64,000 bases of DNA from an uncultured Candidatus Cloacimonadota bacterium (GCA_964573665.1 CAZNKI010000001.1:28583-92582); one strand, 5' to 3'. Counted from the first letter of the stretch, positions 16,794-25,530 are shown. A program made the numbers and translations. Notes: generated from the sequence alone by a model not told the origin.

Positions 16794-17564
16794 TTATCCT
16801 TTCTGATTAAGAGTTCCTTTTTTAGGGCATTTTGAAACGCATCTGTAACAGCGGATACAGTTCGGATTATTGATGATCTCAGATTCAAGCAGATTGATGT
16901 TCATCGGGCAAGCTTTACAGCAAATATTGCAGTCGATGCATGTTTCTAAATTTCTATTGATTGGATGATTGCTTATTTTTAACAATCGACCTAAATATTG
17001 GGTGATATTGAGCAAAGCGCCATAAGGGCATAAAAAACGACACCAGAAACGCTCAATCAAAGCGGACAGTATAAAGATCACAAATAAAGTGATAATGCCG
17101 TAGATGGTGATATTATTAATCCATGCAAGCGCAGTGACCGGGCAGAAATTCATATAGATATATGATAAACCTAAAAAAGATAACACAATGCAAGCGGTCA
17201 GAACGATGTATTTTAAGAATCCTAATTTTTTCTCTTCAATATAATTGATTTTAACAACAGGTCTGCATTTTTTATGAAATAAGGTATAGATATACTCCTG
17301 AGCTGTGCCAAAAAAGCAGAGAAATCCACAGAAGAATCTTCCCCAAAACATCGCCAGGATGGTGAATAAGATGGAAATAATTAGAGTTAACGGATAGATG
17401 AATGTTTGAGAAGTGATGCTTAATGTTCCAAAACAAATGGAAGCATGAGGACAGAACTTATGAACGACGAGCAATATATTCTTATAGAAGAGAACAAAAA
17501 GAATGATGCTGATCATAAAAGAGACGAATTGAGTATATTTTCGAAGAAGAAGGAGCTTTTTCAT
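16794..17564 (-). CDS. NapH/MauN-type integral-membrane polyferredoxin
   Basis: Several TM helices, FFCGFLCFFG and FWCRFLCPYG (CX3C(P) motifs), and a C-terminal CIDCNICCKACP plus CIRCYRCVSKCP. The 4-nt overlap with the upstream regulator gene indicates the same operon. Confidence 0.75.
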   Translation of the reverse strand: MKKLLLLRKYTQFVSFMISIILFVLFYKNILLVVHKFCPHASICFGTLSITSQTFIYPLTLIISILFTILAMFWGRFFCGFLCFFGTAQEYIYTLFHKKCRPVVKINYIEEKKLGFLKYIVLTACIVLSFLGLSYIYMNFCPVTALAWINNITIYGIITLFVIFILSALIERFWCRFLCPYGALLNITQYLGRLLKISNHPINRNLETCIDCNICCKACPMNINLLESEIINNPNCIRCYRCVSKCPKKGTLNQKG

Positions 17565-19009
17565 ATTTCTTTTAACTTTCTTCGTATTGTGTTTCTTGAG
17601 ACATTTAGGTATTGTGCCACTTTAGATTTATTACCCTGAAACTTCTTTAAGATTTTTTTGATGAGGTATTCTTCCAACTCTTCAAGTGTAATGCCATTTT
17701 CTGGAAGATTGATCACGATGTCATTTGAGTTGAGCACTTTTTCATTTTCTATTGAGTCTTCGAGTGATTCTCCCAGGAAGTCAATATGAAATGGTTTTAA
17801 TTCTATATCATCATAAAGAACCGTTGCACGTTCAATTGTATTTTGAAGTTCACGTACATTACCTGGCCATTCATAAGATTCAAGTACATTCATCGCAGAT
17901 TTGGAAATCAGTTTAAATCGTCTTTTCTTGGTTTCAGAGAATTCTCTAAGAAACATCTGAGCTAAAGGAACGATATCTTCTTTTCTGTCTTTGAGAGAGG
18001 GGATATGTAAACTGCCAGCATTTAGGCGATAGAAAAGATCTTTTCTAAAAGTGCCTTCCTGTATCATCGTCGGAATGTCACGATTGGTTGCGCAGATAAA
18101 ACGAACATCGAGTTCAATCTTTTTTATCCCACCAACTCTGTACATTTCTTTTTGTTGAATGACTCTCAGCAGTTTGGGTTGCAGATCGAGAGGCATATCA
18201 CCGATTTCATCAAGGAAGATTGATCCACCCTGCGCCATTTCGAGTTTACCAATCGTTCCTGATTTTTTTGAGCCAGTAAAAGATCCGCCTTCGTAGCCGA
18301 AGAGTTCACTTTCGAAGAGAGAGCTGGTAATCGAAGAACAGTTGATAGTTACAAAGGGGGAGGTTTCTGTTCCATCACCATAATGAATCATACGCGCAAG
18401 GATTTCTTTGCCTGTGCCTGTATCTCCTGTAATCAGCACAGGGATTGACCGGTCTAGATAGAATCTCATCGCGAGATCTTTGATATGTTTCATTTTATCA
18501 GAGAAAACACCAATTTTGCCAATGCCGACAATTTCAGAATACGCAGAGCTGATTTTTTTTAGTTTGAGTTGAACGTCCATCGTACTGGAATTGAGTTTTT
18601 CTTCAAATTCGTTTTTAAATTCTTCATTCTCTTTTAAAAGAGAGAGATGCTCCTGGACTTTATGAATCACAGCCGCAAGTTCTTCTACATCTATTGGCTT
18701 GATCAGATAGTCCCATGCCCCAGATCTTAGCGCTTGAATAGAGGAATTGAGATCTGCATGTCCTGTAATCAGAACAACATCGGTATATTTTGACTCAGGG
18801 TTTGATTTTATGGCTTTTAGGAGCTCGATACCTGTCATACCAGGCATTTTAATATCAGAAATAACAATAGGGTGTTTTTGCTGATTCCAGCATTCCAAGG
18901 CAGATTTGGGATCAGAAAACTGATCGACGGTAAAGCCTAAATAATTGGTCAGGAAGTTATTTATTGCTTTTCTGCTCAGATCTTCATCATCAACCAACAA
19001 AATTCTCAT
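17561..19009 (-). CDS. Sigma-54-dependent response regulator (NtrC family: REC + AAA+ + Fis-type HTH)
   Basis: REC domain (LLVDDE...VISDIKMPGMTG), Walker A GDTGTGKE, a GSFTGS variant of the GAFTGA loop, WPGNVRELQN, and a C-terminal HTH (KVAQYLNVSRNTIRRKLK). Confidence 0.9.
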   Translation of the reverse strand: MRILLVDDEDLSRKAINNFLTNYLGFTVDQFSDPKSALECWNQQKHPIVISDIKMPGMTGIELLKAIKSNPESKYTDVVLITGHADLNSSIQALRSGAWDYLIKPIDVEELAAVIHKVQEHLSLLKENEEFKNEFEEKLNSSTMDVQLKLKKISSAYSEIVGIGKIGVFSDKMKHIKDLAMRFYLDRSIPVLITGDTGTGKEILARMIHYGDGTETSPFVTINCSSITSSLFESELFGYEGGSFTGSKKSGTIGKLEMAQGGSIFLDEIGDMPLDLQPKLLRVIQQKEMYRVGGIKKIELDVRFICATNRDIPTMIQEGTFRKDLFYRLNAGSLHIPSLKDRKEDIVPLAQMFLREFSETKKRRFKLISKSAMNVLESYEWPGNVRELQNTIERATVLYDDIELKPFHIDFLGESLEDSIENEKVLNSNDIVINLPENGITLEELEEYLIKKILKKFQGNKSKVAQYLNVSRNTIRRKLKEI

Positions 19010-19037
19010 TTTAATACCTCAATATTAATTAAAAAAA

Positions 19038-20687
19038 CTATACAACCAGAGGGAGCTTGATGATAATTGTCGCTCCGCCCATTTCATTGTTTTTAAATTG
19101 AATAAATCCGCTAAATCGGTCAAGGAAATTTTTCACAATCATCAATCCTAAACCCATGCCATCGAAATTTGTTTTGTTATAAGAAATAGAATCAAGCGGA
19201 TTATTGGTCGATTCGTAATAAAAACCGCTGGCATTGTCTTCGACGATGACTTGAATATCAGAGTTATCTTCCACTGTTGAGATGATAATCTGTTTATCGA
19301 TTTTTTCTACTTTGCTTAAAGCCTGAATGGCATTATTTAACAGATTGATAAAGATTTGCTCAATCAGGATAGGGTTTGCTTCTACAAGCAGTTTCTTTTC
19401 GGAAAGTTTTAACCGGATATTTATGTTTTTGTCTTTCAGATTATTTTGCATAATATTTTTTGCATTGATCACCGCATGATTGATATCTACTTTCTCAATG
19501 CTCAAATCTTTTTTTGAAGCAGACCAGAAGTTTTTCATTTGCAGGATAATTTGTTCTGTTCTGATCACTGATTCTTTAATCATTTTTACTTCTTCAAGGA
19601 AGAGACTTGGAAGAATGCCTGGTTGTCTTTTATCCCAGAAAAGGATCGAGTCCACATTGAGATGAATGGAGTGAAGATGCGGGGTGATCTCATAAATCAT
19701 ATTGTCAGCCATCAGAGAGACGGTGTTCAATCTGATTGCTTTCTCTATGATTTGCTGGTTTCTGAACTCATTTTGTTTTCTATAGTAGTATTTTTTCAGG
19801 ACTGAAAGTCTTTGATTGAAAATCGCATTATTAAACTGATTGGAGAGATTGTTATATTCTATACGATCATAATAGGCTTGTTGGAAATTCTTAACTTTTT
19901 CATTTGTAAAAGATCTGAGTTTTAGGGCGTTAACCATTATATTGTGTCTATGGTAAGATTTTGAAATATCAATTGCTTTGTTTAAATTGATTAAAGCTAA
20001 ATCAAGTTTATCTGTATTAAAAAAAACAATTCCAGAGAGAAGGAAGTAAAGAGAACTTACCAAAGATAAGCTGGGATTATAAAATTCTTTTTCAATTTCG
20101 AGGAGGATCTTTTCGGCAGAAGCATAATTTTCCTGTTGAATATATAAGTAAATCTGGATTAATGGGAGGACAATAGAAGGTAAATCAACATCTTTGCACT
20201 CTAAGAGTTCTTTGATTCTATTCATACTGCATTCAGCAAAGTCAAACTGTTTGATTTCAAGATATGCAAGGCTGATTTCGGCTAAGGCGATATGGTTGTT
20301 TGGATTAAGCTGAATAGCATTTTTGAGAATCTCTATCGCAATCGGTACATCTTCAACAATTTTGTGAATTCTTGCGATATCCATAAGCGCTCTTGATGTT
20401 TGAGAAGGATCTTTGAGTTCGTAGGTATAATCAAGGACTCTGAGCGCATAATCATAAGAGACATCAAAGTTTCTGAGCATAAAGTGGCAGTACATCATAA
20501 TCCTGAAAAGAATATACTGGTAGCTATCCTGAATCAGAGGCGAGTATTCTTTGATAATATCGTTTGTTGCATCGATACATTCCTGCCATTTATACTGATT
20601 CCAGGCTTTAAGAATAGAAGGGTATCTTTTTAAAATAGATTGTTCATAAGGCGCAAGGTATAAGATATTAAAGATGTTTGATTTCAT
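19038..20687 (-). CDS. TPR-repeat histidine-kinase paralogue: ATP-binding boxes intact, phospho-acceptor His replaced by Tyr
   Basis: N box IEQIFINLLNNAIQAL, G1-like VEDNASGF and G2 GMGLGLMIVKNF are present. The H-box position reads MIYEITPHLHSI where its neighbour has IVHEINQPLTAI. Confidence 0.75.
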   Translation of the reverse strand: MKSNIFNILYLAPYEQSILKRYPSILKAWNQYKWQECIDATNDIIKEYSPLIQDSYQYILFRIMMYCHFMLRNFDVSYDYALRVLDYTYELKDPSQTSRALMDIARIHKIVEDVPIAIEILKNAIQLNPNNHIALAEISLAYLEIKQFDFAECSMNRIKELLECKDVDLPSIVLPLIQIYLYIQQENYASAEKILLEIEKEFYNPSLSLVSSLYFLLSGIVFFNTDKLDLALINLNKAIDISKSYHRHNIMVNALKLRSFTNEKVKNFQQAYYDRIEYNNLSNQFNNAIFNQRLSVLKKYYYRKQNEFRNQQIIEKAIRLNTVSLMADNMIYEITPHLHSIHLNVDSILFWDKRQPGILPSLFLEEVKMIKESVIRTEQIILQMKNFWSASKKDLSIEKVDINHAVINAKNIMQNNLKDKNINIRLKLSEKKLLVEANPILIEQIFINLLNNAIQALSKVEKIDKQIIISTVEDNSDIQVIVEDNASGFYYESTNNPLDSISYNKTNFDGMGLGLMIVKNFLDRFSGFIQFKNNEMGGATIIIKLPLVV

Positions 20688-22345
20688 GATTTATTCTCTT
20701 TATTGCCTGGCAAAGCGATTTTAAAATGGGTATGTGGTTTATCGGCATAAGTGACATAACCATTAAATTGATTGATAAAGTACTTAGAAATTTTGAAGTC
20801 GAAGAGAATCGATTTGTTTCTCGCTGTCTCTTCAGTAGCATTTAAGAATTTTTCTAAAGGTTCGTGAAGTTTATTGTCAAAGTGAATTTTAATGATATTA
20901 AAACCGACTTCATGATCAAGATCAAGGGTTAATCTTTTTTCACAGTCATCAGGGCAGTCTTTGATAATATTAAAACTGATATTGAATAAATACATCAAGA
21001 CCTGTTCAAGAAGTGATGATTGAATCATTGAGATGTACTTATGTTTTTCTGGCTTGAAATTGATAAATATATCTTCGGATTGAAGTCTTTTTTTAATAAA
21101 ACTGAGTTTTTCATAAATAAACTGATTAAGGTCAACGCGCGCTAAAGAAGTGTTGATATCATTAGTTTTCCAGAAAGATCTGATCTGTTCGATGATGGAG
21201 CTGACATAATTGACGCTTTCGGAGATATCATTGAGTTGATTGACCAGGATATCGGGGATTGCACCACAATTTCGTCGAGACCAGTAGAGAATACTTTCAC
21301 AGGAGATTTTTATCGCAGTAAGCGGTTGATTGATTTCATGAACGATTCCACCAGAAACCACACCAACAGTAGTAATACGAGAATTTTGGTTGATCAATTG
21401 CATCATATCAAGATTTTCTGCGACGACTTCATACTTGGTTTGGATCTCAGAAAGGCGGTTAGTTTTTTCCTGAGTTCTCATAGAGTAGCTCAAGTCAGAT
21501 GAGAGGATGAGATATTTATAGGCATTTTCGAAATCATTATCTTGTTCATAAATCTTTGAAAGCATCAGCCAGGCTTTTGAGAGAAGGGCATTACTCGAAT
21601 AGCGATTAGCGACAGAAACTGCTTCGTTTAAATTTTTTAGTGCTTCATCTTTTTGATTGAGTTCATTATAAATGGCAGCTTTTTCAATAAGGATAGAGAT
21701 TTTTAAATAGGTATCTGCGATAGTGTCAATAGCTCGCCAGGCTTGATTGAGATCTTCCAGAGCATCTGCTAATTCGTTATTACAGTGTTTTAAGAGTGCT
21801 TTGTAGTAAATGCCCATCCCCGTAATCGCTCGATTATGCTGTTTTTTTGATTTGATTAAGCCTTGATCGAGATAAAAAAGCGACTTTTCAATATCACCTC
21901 TTTCATAATACAAAAGACCCAGATTACAGTAAACATTTGGGAAGTCTGAATTGTATTGAACAGATTTCAGAAAGTACTTTTCTGCCAGATCAAGATTGTC
22001 CATTCGATAATAAATTAAACCGATCATGTGCAGATTGACAGAAGCGAGATAATAATCAAGATGTTTTTCACTGATTTCAAGTGATTTAAAACCATACTCA
22101 AGGCTATTGTCATATTGATCTTTATAAAAATAAATTGCGCCTAAGGCATCATAAGCATAAGCTGAGAGGATATCTTCATTGAGTTCGATCGATATATCAA
22201 TGAGTTGATGAGCAAGGGGCTCCATATCTAAAAAATCCTGACTGTATCTTTTCGCTTTAAGCTGATCAATGATCAGTTTCGCTTTATCTTCATTATCAGG
22301 GATTGTTGAGAGCTTCTTTGCTAAATCATCAACAGAATAATTCAT
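20684..22345 (-). CDS. TPR-repeat histidine-kinase paralogue: H box intact, catalytic ATP-lid boxes degenerate
   Basis: The H box GGIVHEINQPLTAIKIS is intact. The C-terminal region aligns with the neighbour but reads LEQVLMYLFNISFNII, HFDNKLHEP and SILFDFKISKYFI in place of the N, G1 and G2 boxes. It overlaps the downstream paralogue by 4 nt. Confidence 0.75.
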   Translation of the reverse strand: MNYSVDDLAKKLSTIPDNEDKAKLIIDQLKAKRYSQDFLDMEPLAHQLIDISIELNEDILSAYAYDALGAIYFYKDQYDNSLEYGFKSLEISEKHLDYYLASVNLHMIGLIYYRMDNLDLAEKYFLKSVQYNSDFPNVYCNLGLLYYERGDIEKSLFYLDQGLIKSKKQHNRAITGMGIYYKALLKHCNNELADALEDLNQAWRAIDTIADTYLKISILIEKAAIYNELNQKDEALKNLNEAVSVANRYSSNALLSKAWLMLSKIYEQDNDFENAYKYLILSSDLSYSMRTQEKTNRLSEIQTKYEVVAENLDMMQLINQNSRITTVGVVSGGIVHEINQPLTAIKISCESILYWSRRNCGAIPDILVNQLNDISESVNYVSSIIEQIRSFWKTNDINTSLARVDLNQFIYEKLSFIKKRLQSEDIFINFKPEKHKYISMIQSSLLEQVLMYLFNISFNIIKDCPDDCEKRLTLDLDHEVGFNIIKIHFDNKLHEPLEKFLNATEETARNKSILFDFKISKYFINQFNGYVTYADKPHTHFKIALPGNKENKS

Positions 22346-23310
22346 TATATTTTCCAGTATATTTTTTTGTCTTCAGAAACTTTAAAGCTGGTGTTTCTTA
22401 TGAAATCAGAGAGTTGTTGAGGCATAGTTGTGCGACTAAGTCGAAGGATATTATATTTTAATGAATCTGACATCAAAGGGATGTCTTCATTGATAATATA
22501 AATAAAAGCAGGATTTAACTGATCTGATTGAAGTATCGTTGAGTTTGCTATCTCAAATTGATCCGCATAAATAGATTTTAAAGAATCAGAGAAAGCCTGA
22601 GTCTCTTGCTGATTAAGATCTGAAGTCACATAAACTACTTTAGTATTGGGTTGTGTGAGTTCAATTATTTGACTGTTTTCACTGGTTTTGTAGTGTGAAA
22701 AAGTATGATTGAGATTGATAATTCCCTGGTATAAAAACCAAATTGCCACTAAAACAGAAGAGTAACGGGCGATGAGCTTGATGGTAGGCAATGAAGTAAA
22801 TAAACTGGTAAAGGCAAGAGGAACCAGAAATGCAGTTGTTCCAACGAAAAAGCCAGTAAACAGGAGGATACCGCTGGAGACACCTGCGAGTTCAATGGAT
22901 TTTGATAAGGCAATTAAGAAAGAAGGGCAAAAGTTTATGCCTGTTATTAAGCCAAGAATCAAGGCGCTGGATGATAATTTAGTCCATTTTGGGATCATAC
23001 ATTTCTTTTCATGTTTTTGCGTTCTAAAGGCGTTGATTATCAAGAAAACAGAAAGAAATATATAAGAGATACCCGTAAACCATTCACGGTTGATCTGGCT
23101 GATTTTTCCGCCAAAGTACCCGGCAACAGCACCAAACAAAATATAGGAGATGAAACGGCCAATAGAAATTTCTCCTACTTTGATTAAACTGTTTTTTAAT
23201 GATCGGTTTTCAGAGATCAACCAGGGAAGATAAATAGGGGAGCAGGTTGCAAGGCAGGTTGTGCCTGTCGTTAATCCTAAAACTAATCCTTCAATAAGTG
23301 TTTTTATCAT
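22345..23310 (-). CDS. DsbD_2/TauE-like polytopic membrane protein with a CxxxC(S)P motif and a C-terminal soluble domain
   Basis: TM1 GLTTGTTCLATCSPIYLP resembles the HCxxMCGP motif of the DsbD_2 family. There are about 6 TM helices and a second Cys in GINFCPSF. A ~115-aa hydrophilic tail has unknown fold. Confidence 0.55.
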   Translation of the reverse strand: MIKTLIEGLVLGLTTGTTCLATCSPIYLPWLISENRSLKNSLIKVGEISIGRFISYILFGAVAGYFGGKISQINREWFTGISYIFLSVFLIINAFRTQKHEKKCMIPKWTKLSSSALILGLITGINFCPSFLIALSKSIELAGVSSGILLFTGFFVGTTAFLVPLAFTSLFTSLPTIKLIARYSSVLVAIWFLYQGIINLNHTFSHYKTSENSQIIELTQPNTKVVYVTSDLNQQETQAFSDSLKSIYADQFEIANSTILQSDQLNPAFIYIINEDIPLMSDSLKYNILRLSRTTMPQQLSDFIRNTSFKVSEDKKIYWKI

Positions 23311-23323
23311 TTTTCCTCAATTA

Positions 23324-24499
23324 TTAAAAATGTAGTGTTGCGCCTGTAGTTAATAAGTTAGATTTTGATTCTGCGGTTTTATCATTAAATAGTTCATAAG
23401 CAGTGTAGAAGTAGGATTGTGGCATAAAGTACCAAAGTGCTTTAACCTTGTTTTGCATACTTTTATCCTGATAGTACTGAATATGATAAGAAAGATAAAC
23501 ATTCGAAAGGGCCAGCATGTTAATCGTAGTGAAGAAAGCATTCGCTTCATTTTCTTCACTATATTTTGCGCCAAGAATGAAATAAGATTCAGCTTTTGTA
23601 TCATAATCGAAAGCATACTTTGCCTGAGCTCTCAAGTAATTTGAGATCAAAAGGAATTCCTGATTTGAAGAATCATATACTGATCGGTTAGTGTATGTAA
23701 GAAAGGTGTTAATGTTATGAGTAAAACGATGCTGATAGGTGATATACTGGGTGAGGACTTTGTCATAAAGCAAATAATCAGAATCCCGCCAGGTCATCGT
23801 TGATTGAAGTTCAATATTCTTATACATATCAAAACGATGATTGAAGTTGAAGCCTGTAGTAAGGAACTGCATGGAGTAGTTTTTGTTATCAGAGATATCT
23901 TTTTTTAGGTCGTAAAGAGTGATAATGCTTAATTTATTGTAAACAGGGATGTTAAGCGATGCTGAGTAATAAATATTCTGATCTTTTTCATCGAAATAAT
24001 TTGTCACACCTGATATTTTTTTTCGACGAGTATAATCCATACTTGAGTATCTAATTGCCTGATCAATATAGAAGTAGTCATTTTGAAGGTCAAGAGAGTA
24101 GGTGAATTGATGTTTCACATTTCTTTTTGAAGGTCCGTTCACTTCTTCAGGGAAGAGTCCTTTGAAATTCTGATGATCGAAATATCTGATGTCGTAAGCT
24201 AAATTAGTATTAATGATATTATTTTTATAATCAAGTTTCGTAGATAGATAATTGTTTAATCTTTCGGGATCCTCATTATTCAAATAATCTGCATCATGAA
24301 ACTGATTTAAGAGATAAAAGGAAAAGTATTGATTCAGATCTTTATCAACAGTAATCAAGCTTTCGTAAAACTTATTGTCAGTATCGTTATCTGTATCTGC
24401 ATTCTGAAATTCAAAAGAGAAGTAATAATCGTCTATAGAAAAAACGTTTAAGATCAAACAGGAAAACAAGAGAATTAATATATAGCGTTTTGTGGACAT
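23324..24499 (-). CDS. Putative outer-membrane beta-barrel protein
   Basis: Signal peptide MSTKRYILILLFSCLILNVFS (start taken at ATG 24499). The protein is Tyr/Asn/Asp-rich with alternating strands and a C-terminal ...TGATLHF. Confidence 0.5.
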   Translation of the reverse strand: MSTKRYILILLFSCLILNVFSIDDYYFSFEFQNADTDNDTDNKFYESLITVDKDLNQYFSFYLLNQFHDADYLNNEDPERLNNYLSTKLDYKNNIINTNLAYDIRYFDHQNFKGLFPEEVNGPSKRNVKHQFTYSLDLQNDYFYIDQAIRYSSMDYTRRKKISGVTNYFDEKDQNIYYSASLNIPVYNKLSIITLYDLKKDISDNKNYSMQFLTTGFNFNHRFDMYKNIELQSTMTWRDSDYLLYDKVLTQYITYQHRFTHNINTFLTYTNRSVYDSSNQEFLLISNYLRAQAKYAFDYDTKAESYFILGAKYSEENEANAFFTTINMLALSNVYLSYHIQYYQDKSMQNKVKALWYFMPQSYFYTAYELFNDKTAESKSNLLTTGATLHF

Positions 24500-24720
24500 G
24501 CTTTCACACACTTTCCGCACTGAGTGCATTTACTTAAATCAATGAGGGCTTTACCGTTAGTATCATATTCGATTGCCTCAGCTGGGCAAACAGTAATGCA
24601 ATTGCCGCAACTATTACATGCTTGAGTATCTACATTATATTCAGATTCAGTGACTTTTTTACAATTTAAGAGGATCAGGCATAAGCCTGCCAGCAAAAGG
24701 ATAATCAGTGCTTTTTTCAT
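24475..24720 (-). CDS. Lipoprotein-signal ferredoxin-domain protein (2x[4Fe-4S] type)
   Basis: The start is taken at ATG 24720 (MKKALIILLLAGLCLILLNC lipobox), which forms ATGA with the upstream stop. Cys motifs are CNSCGNCITVCP and CTQCGKCVKACP. Confidence 0.75.
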   Translation of the reverse strand: MKKALIILLLAGLCLILLNCKKVTESEYNVDTQACNSCGNCITVCPAEAIEYDTNGKALIDLSKCTQCGKCVKACPQNAIY

Positions 24721-24962
24721 TTTGACACCTTTATTGCATTGAAGGTACATGCTTTGACGCAGAGATTGCAACGAATACATTTACTCATATCAATGCAGGC
24801 TTTGTTGTTTTCTATCGTAATTGCTTTGACAGGGCAAGTGTTGATACAGTCCTGACAGGAGACACATTTCGATTTTTCTACATAAACTTTAGATAGAGCT
24901 GTTGCAGAGAGTAAAATGCAGAAAATCAGAAAAAAAATCAGTCCAACAATTTTGCTTTTCAT
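24717..24962 (-). CDS. Signal-peptide ferredoxin-domain protein (2x[4Fe-4S] type)
   Basis: Signal peptide MKSKIVGLIFFLIFCILLSATALS. Cys motifs are CVSCQDCINTCP and CIRCNLCVKAC. Its start overlaps the upstream stop (TAATG). Confidence 0.75.
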   Translation of the reverse strand: MKSKIVGLIFFLIFCILLSATALSKVYVEKSKCVSCQDCINTCPVKAITIENNKACIDMSKCIRCNLCVKACTFNAIKVSK

Positions 24963-25501
24963 TATTCAATGACCATTATTTTTTTTGTAAGTCTTTCTTT
25001 ACCTGAGATCATTTGTGCAAAGTAAACACCAGAAGGCTGGTCTGAGCGATTCCAGGTAATCTGACCAGAAGATTGACTCACAGCAAACTGATCAATCACT
25101 TTACCTTTAACATTGACGATACGAATAATCGCATTTTTCTGATTAATAGGTAAGCGGTATTCAATTTTTGATTCAGTTTTTACAGGGTTTGGATAAGCAG
25201 AAAGTTTAATCAGTGAATTTGGAGTGACTACATCATTTGATAATACTGTTTCATAAATTGCATTTCTGTTGCAATAATCGACACAATCACCACAACCTTC
25301 GCAGAGATCTGGGTTGATAACACATTTATGCGTGGAAGAATTGTAAGTGATCGCATTTGCATCGCAAGCATAAAGGCAATTTCTGCAACCATTACAACGT
25401 GAAGGATTGATTTGATATATTGTTGAATTTATGGCAAATAGAGCGCCAACAATTAAGACTACGATGATTAAGCTAACTATCTTTTCTTTTTTATTGATCA
25501 T
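24962..25501 (-). CDS. Ferredoxin-domain protein fused to a T9SS C-terminal sorting domain
   Basis: The start is taken at ATG 25501 (MINKKEKIVSLIIVVLIVGALFA), 4 nt after GGAGGA. Cys motifs are CNGCRNCLYAC and CEGCGDCVDYC. The C-terminus YPNPVKTESKIEYRL...IVNVKGKVI...WNRSDQPSGVYFAQM...KKIMVIE matches the CTD of the three other T9SS cargo proteins in the window. Confidence 0.75.
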   Translation of the reverse strand: MINKKEKIVSLIIVVLIVGALFAINSTIYQINPSRCNGCRNCLYACDANAITYNSSTHKCVINPDLCEGCGDCVDYCNRNAIYETVLSNDVVTPNSLIKLSAYPNPVKTESKIEYRLPINQKNAIIRIVNVKGKVIDQFAVSQSSGQITWNRSDQPSGVYFAQMISGKERLTKKIMVIE

Positions 25502-25530
25502 AATATCCTCCATTATAATTAATAGAGTAA

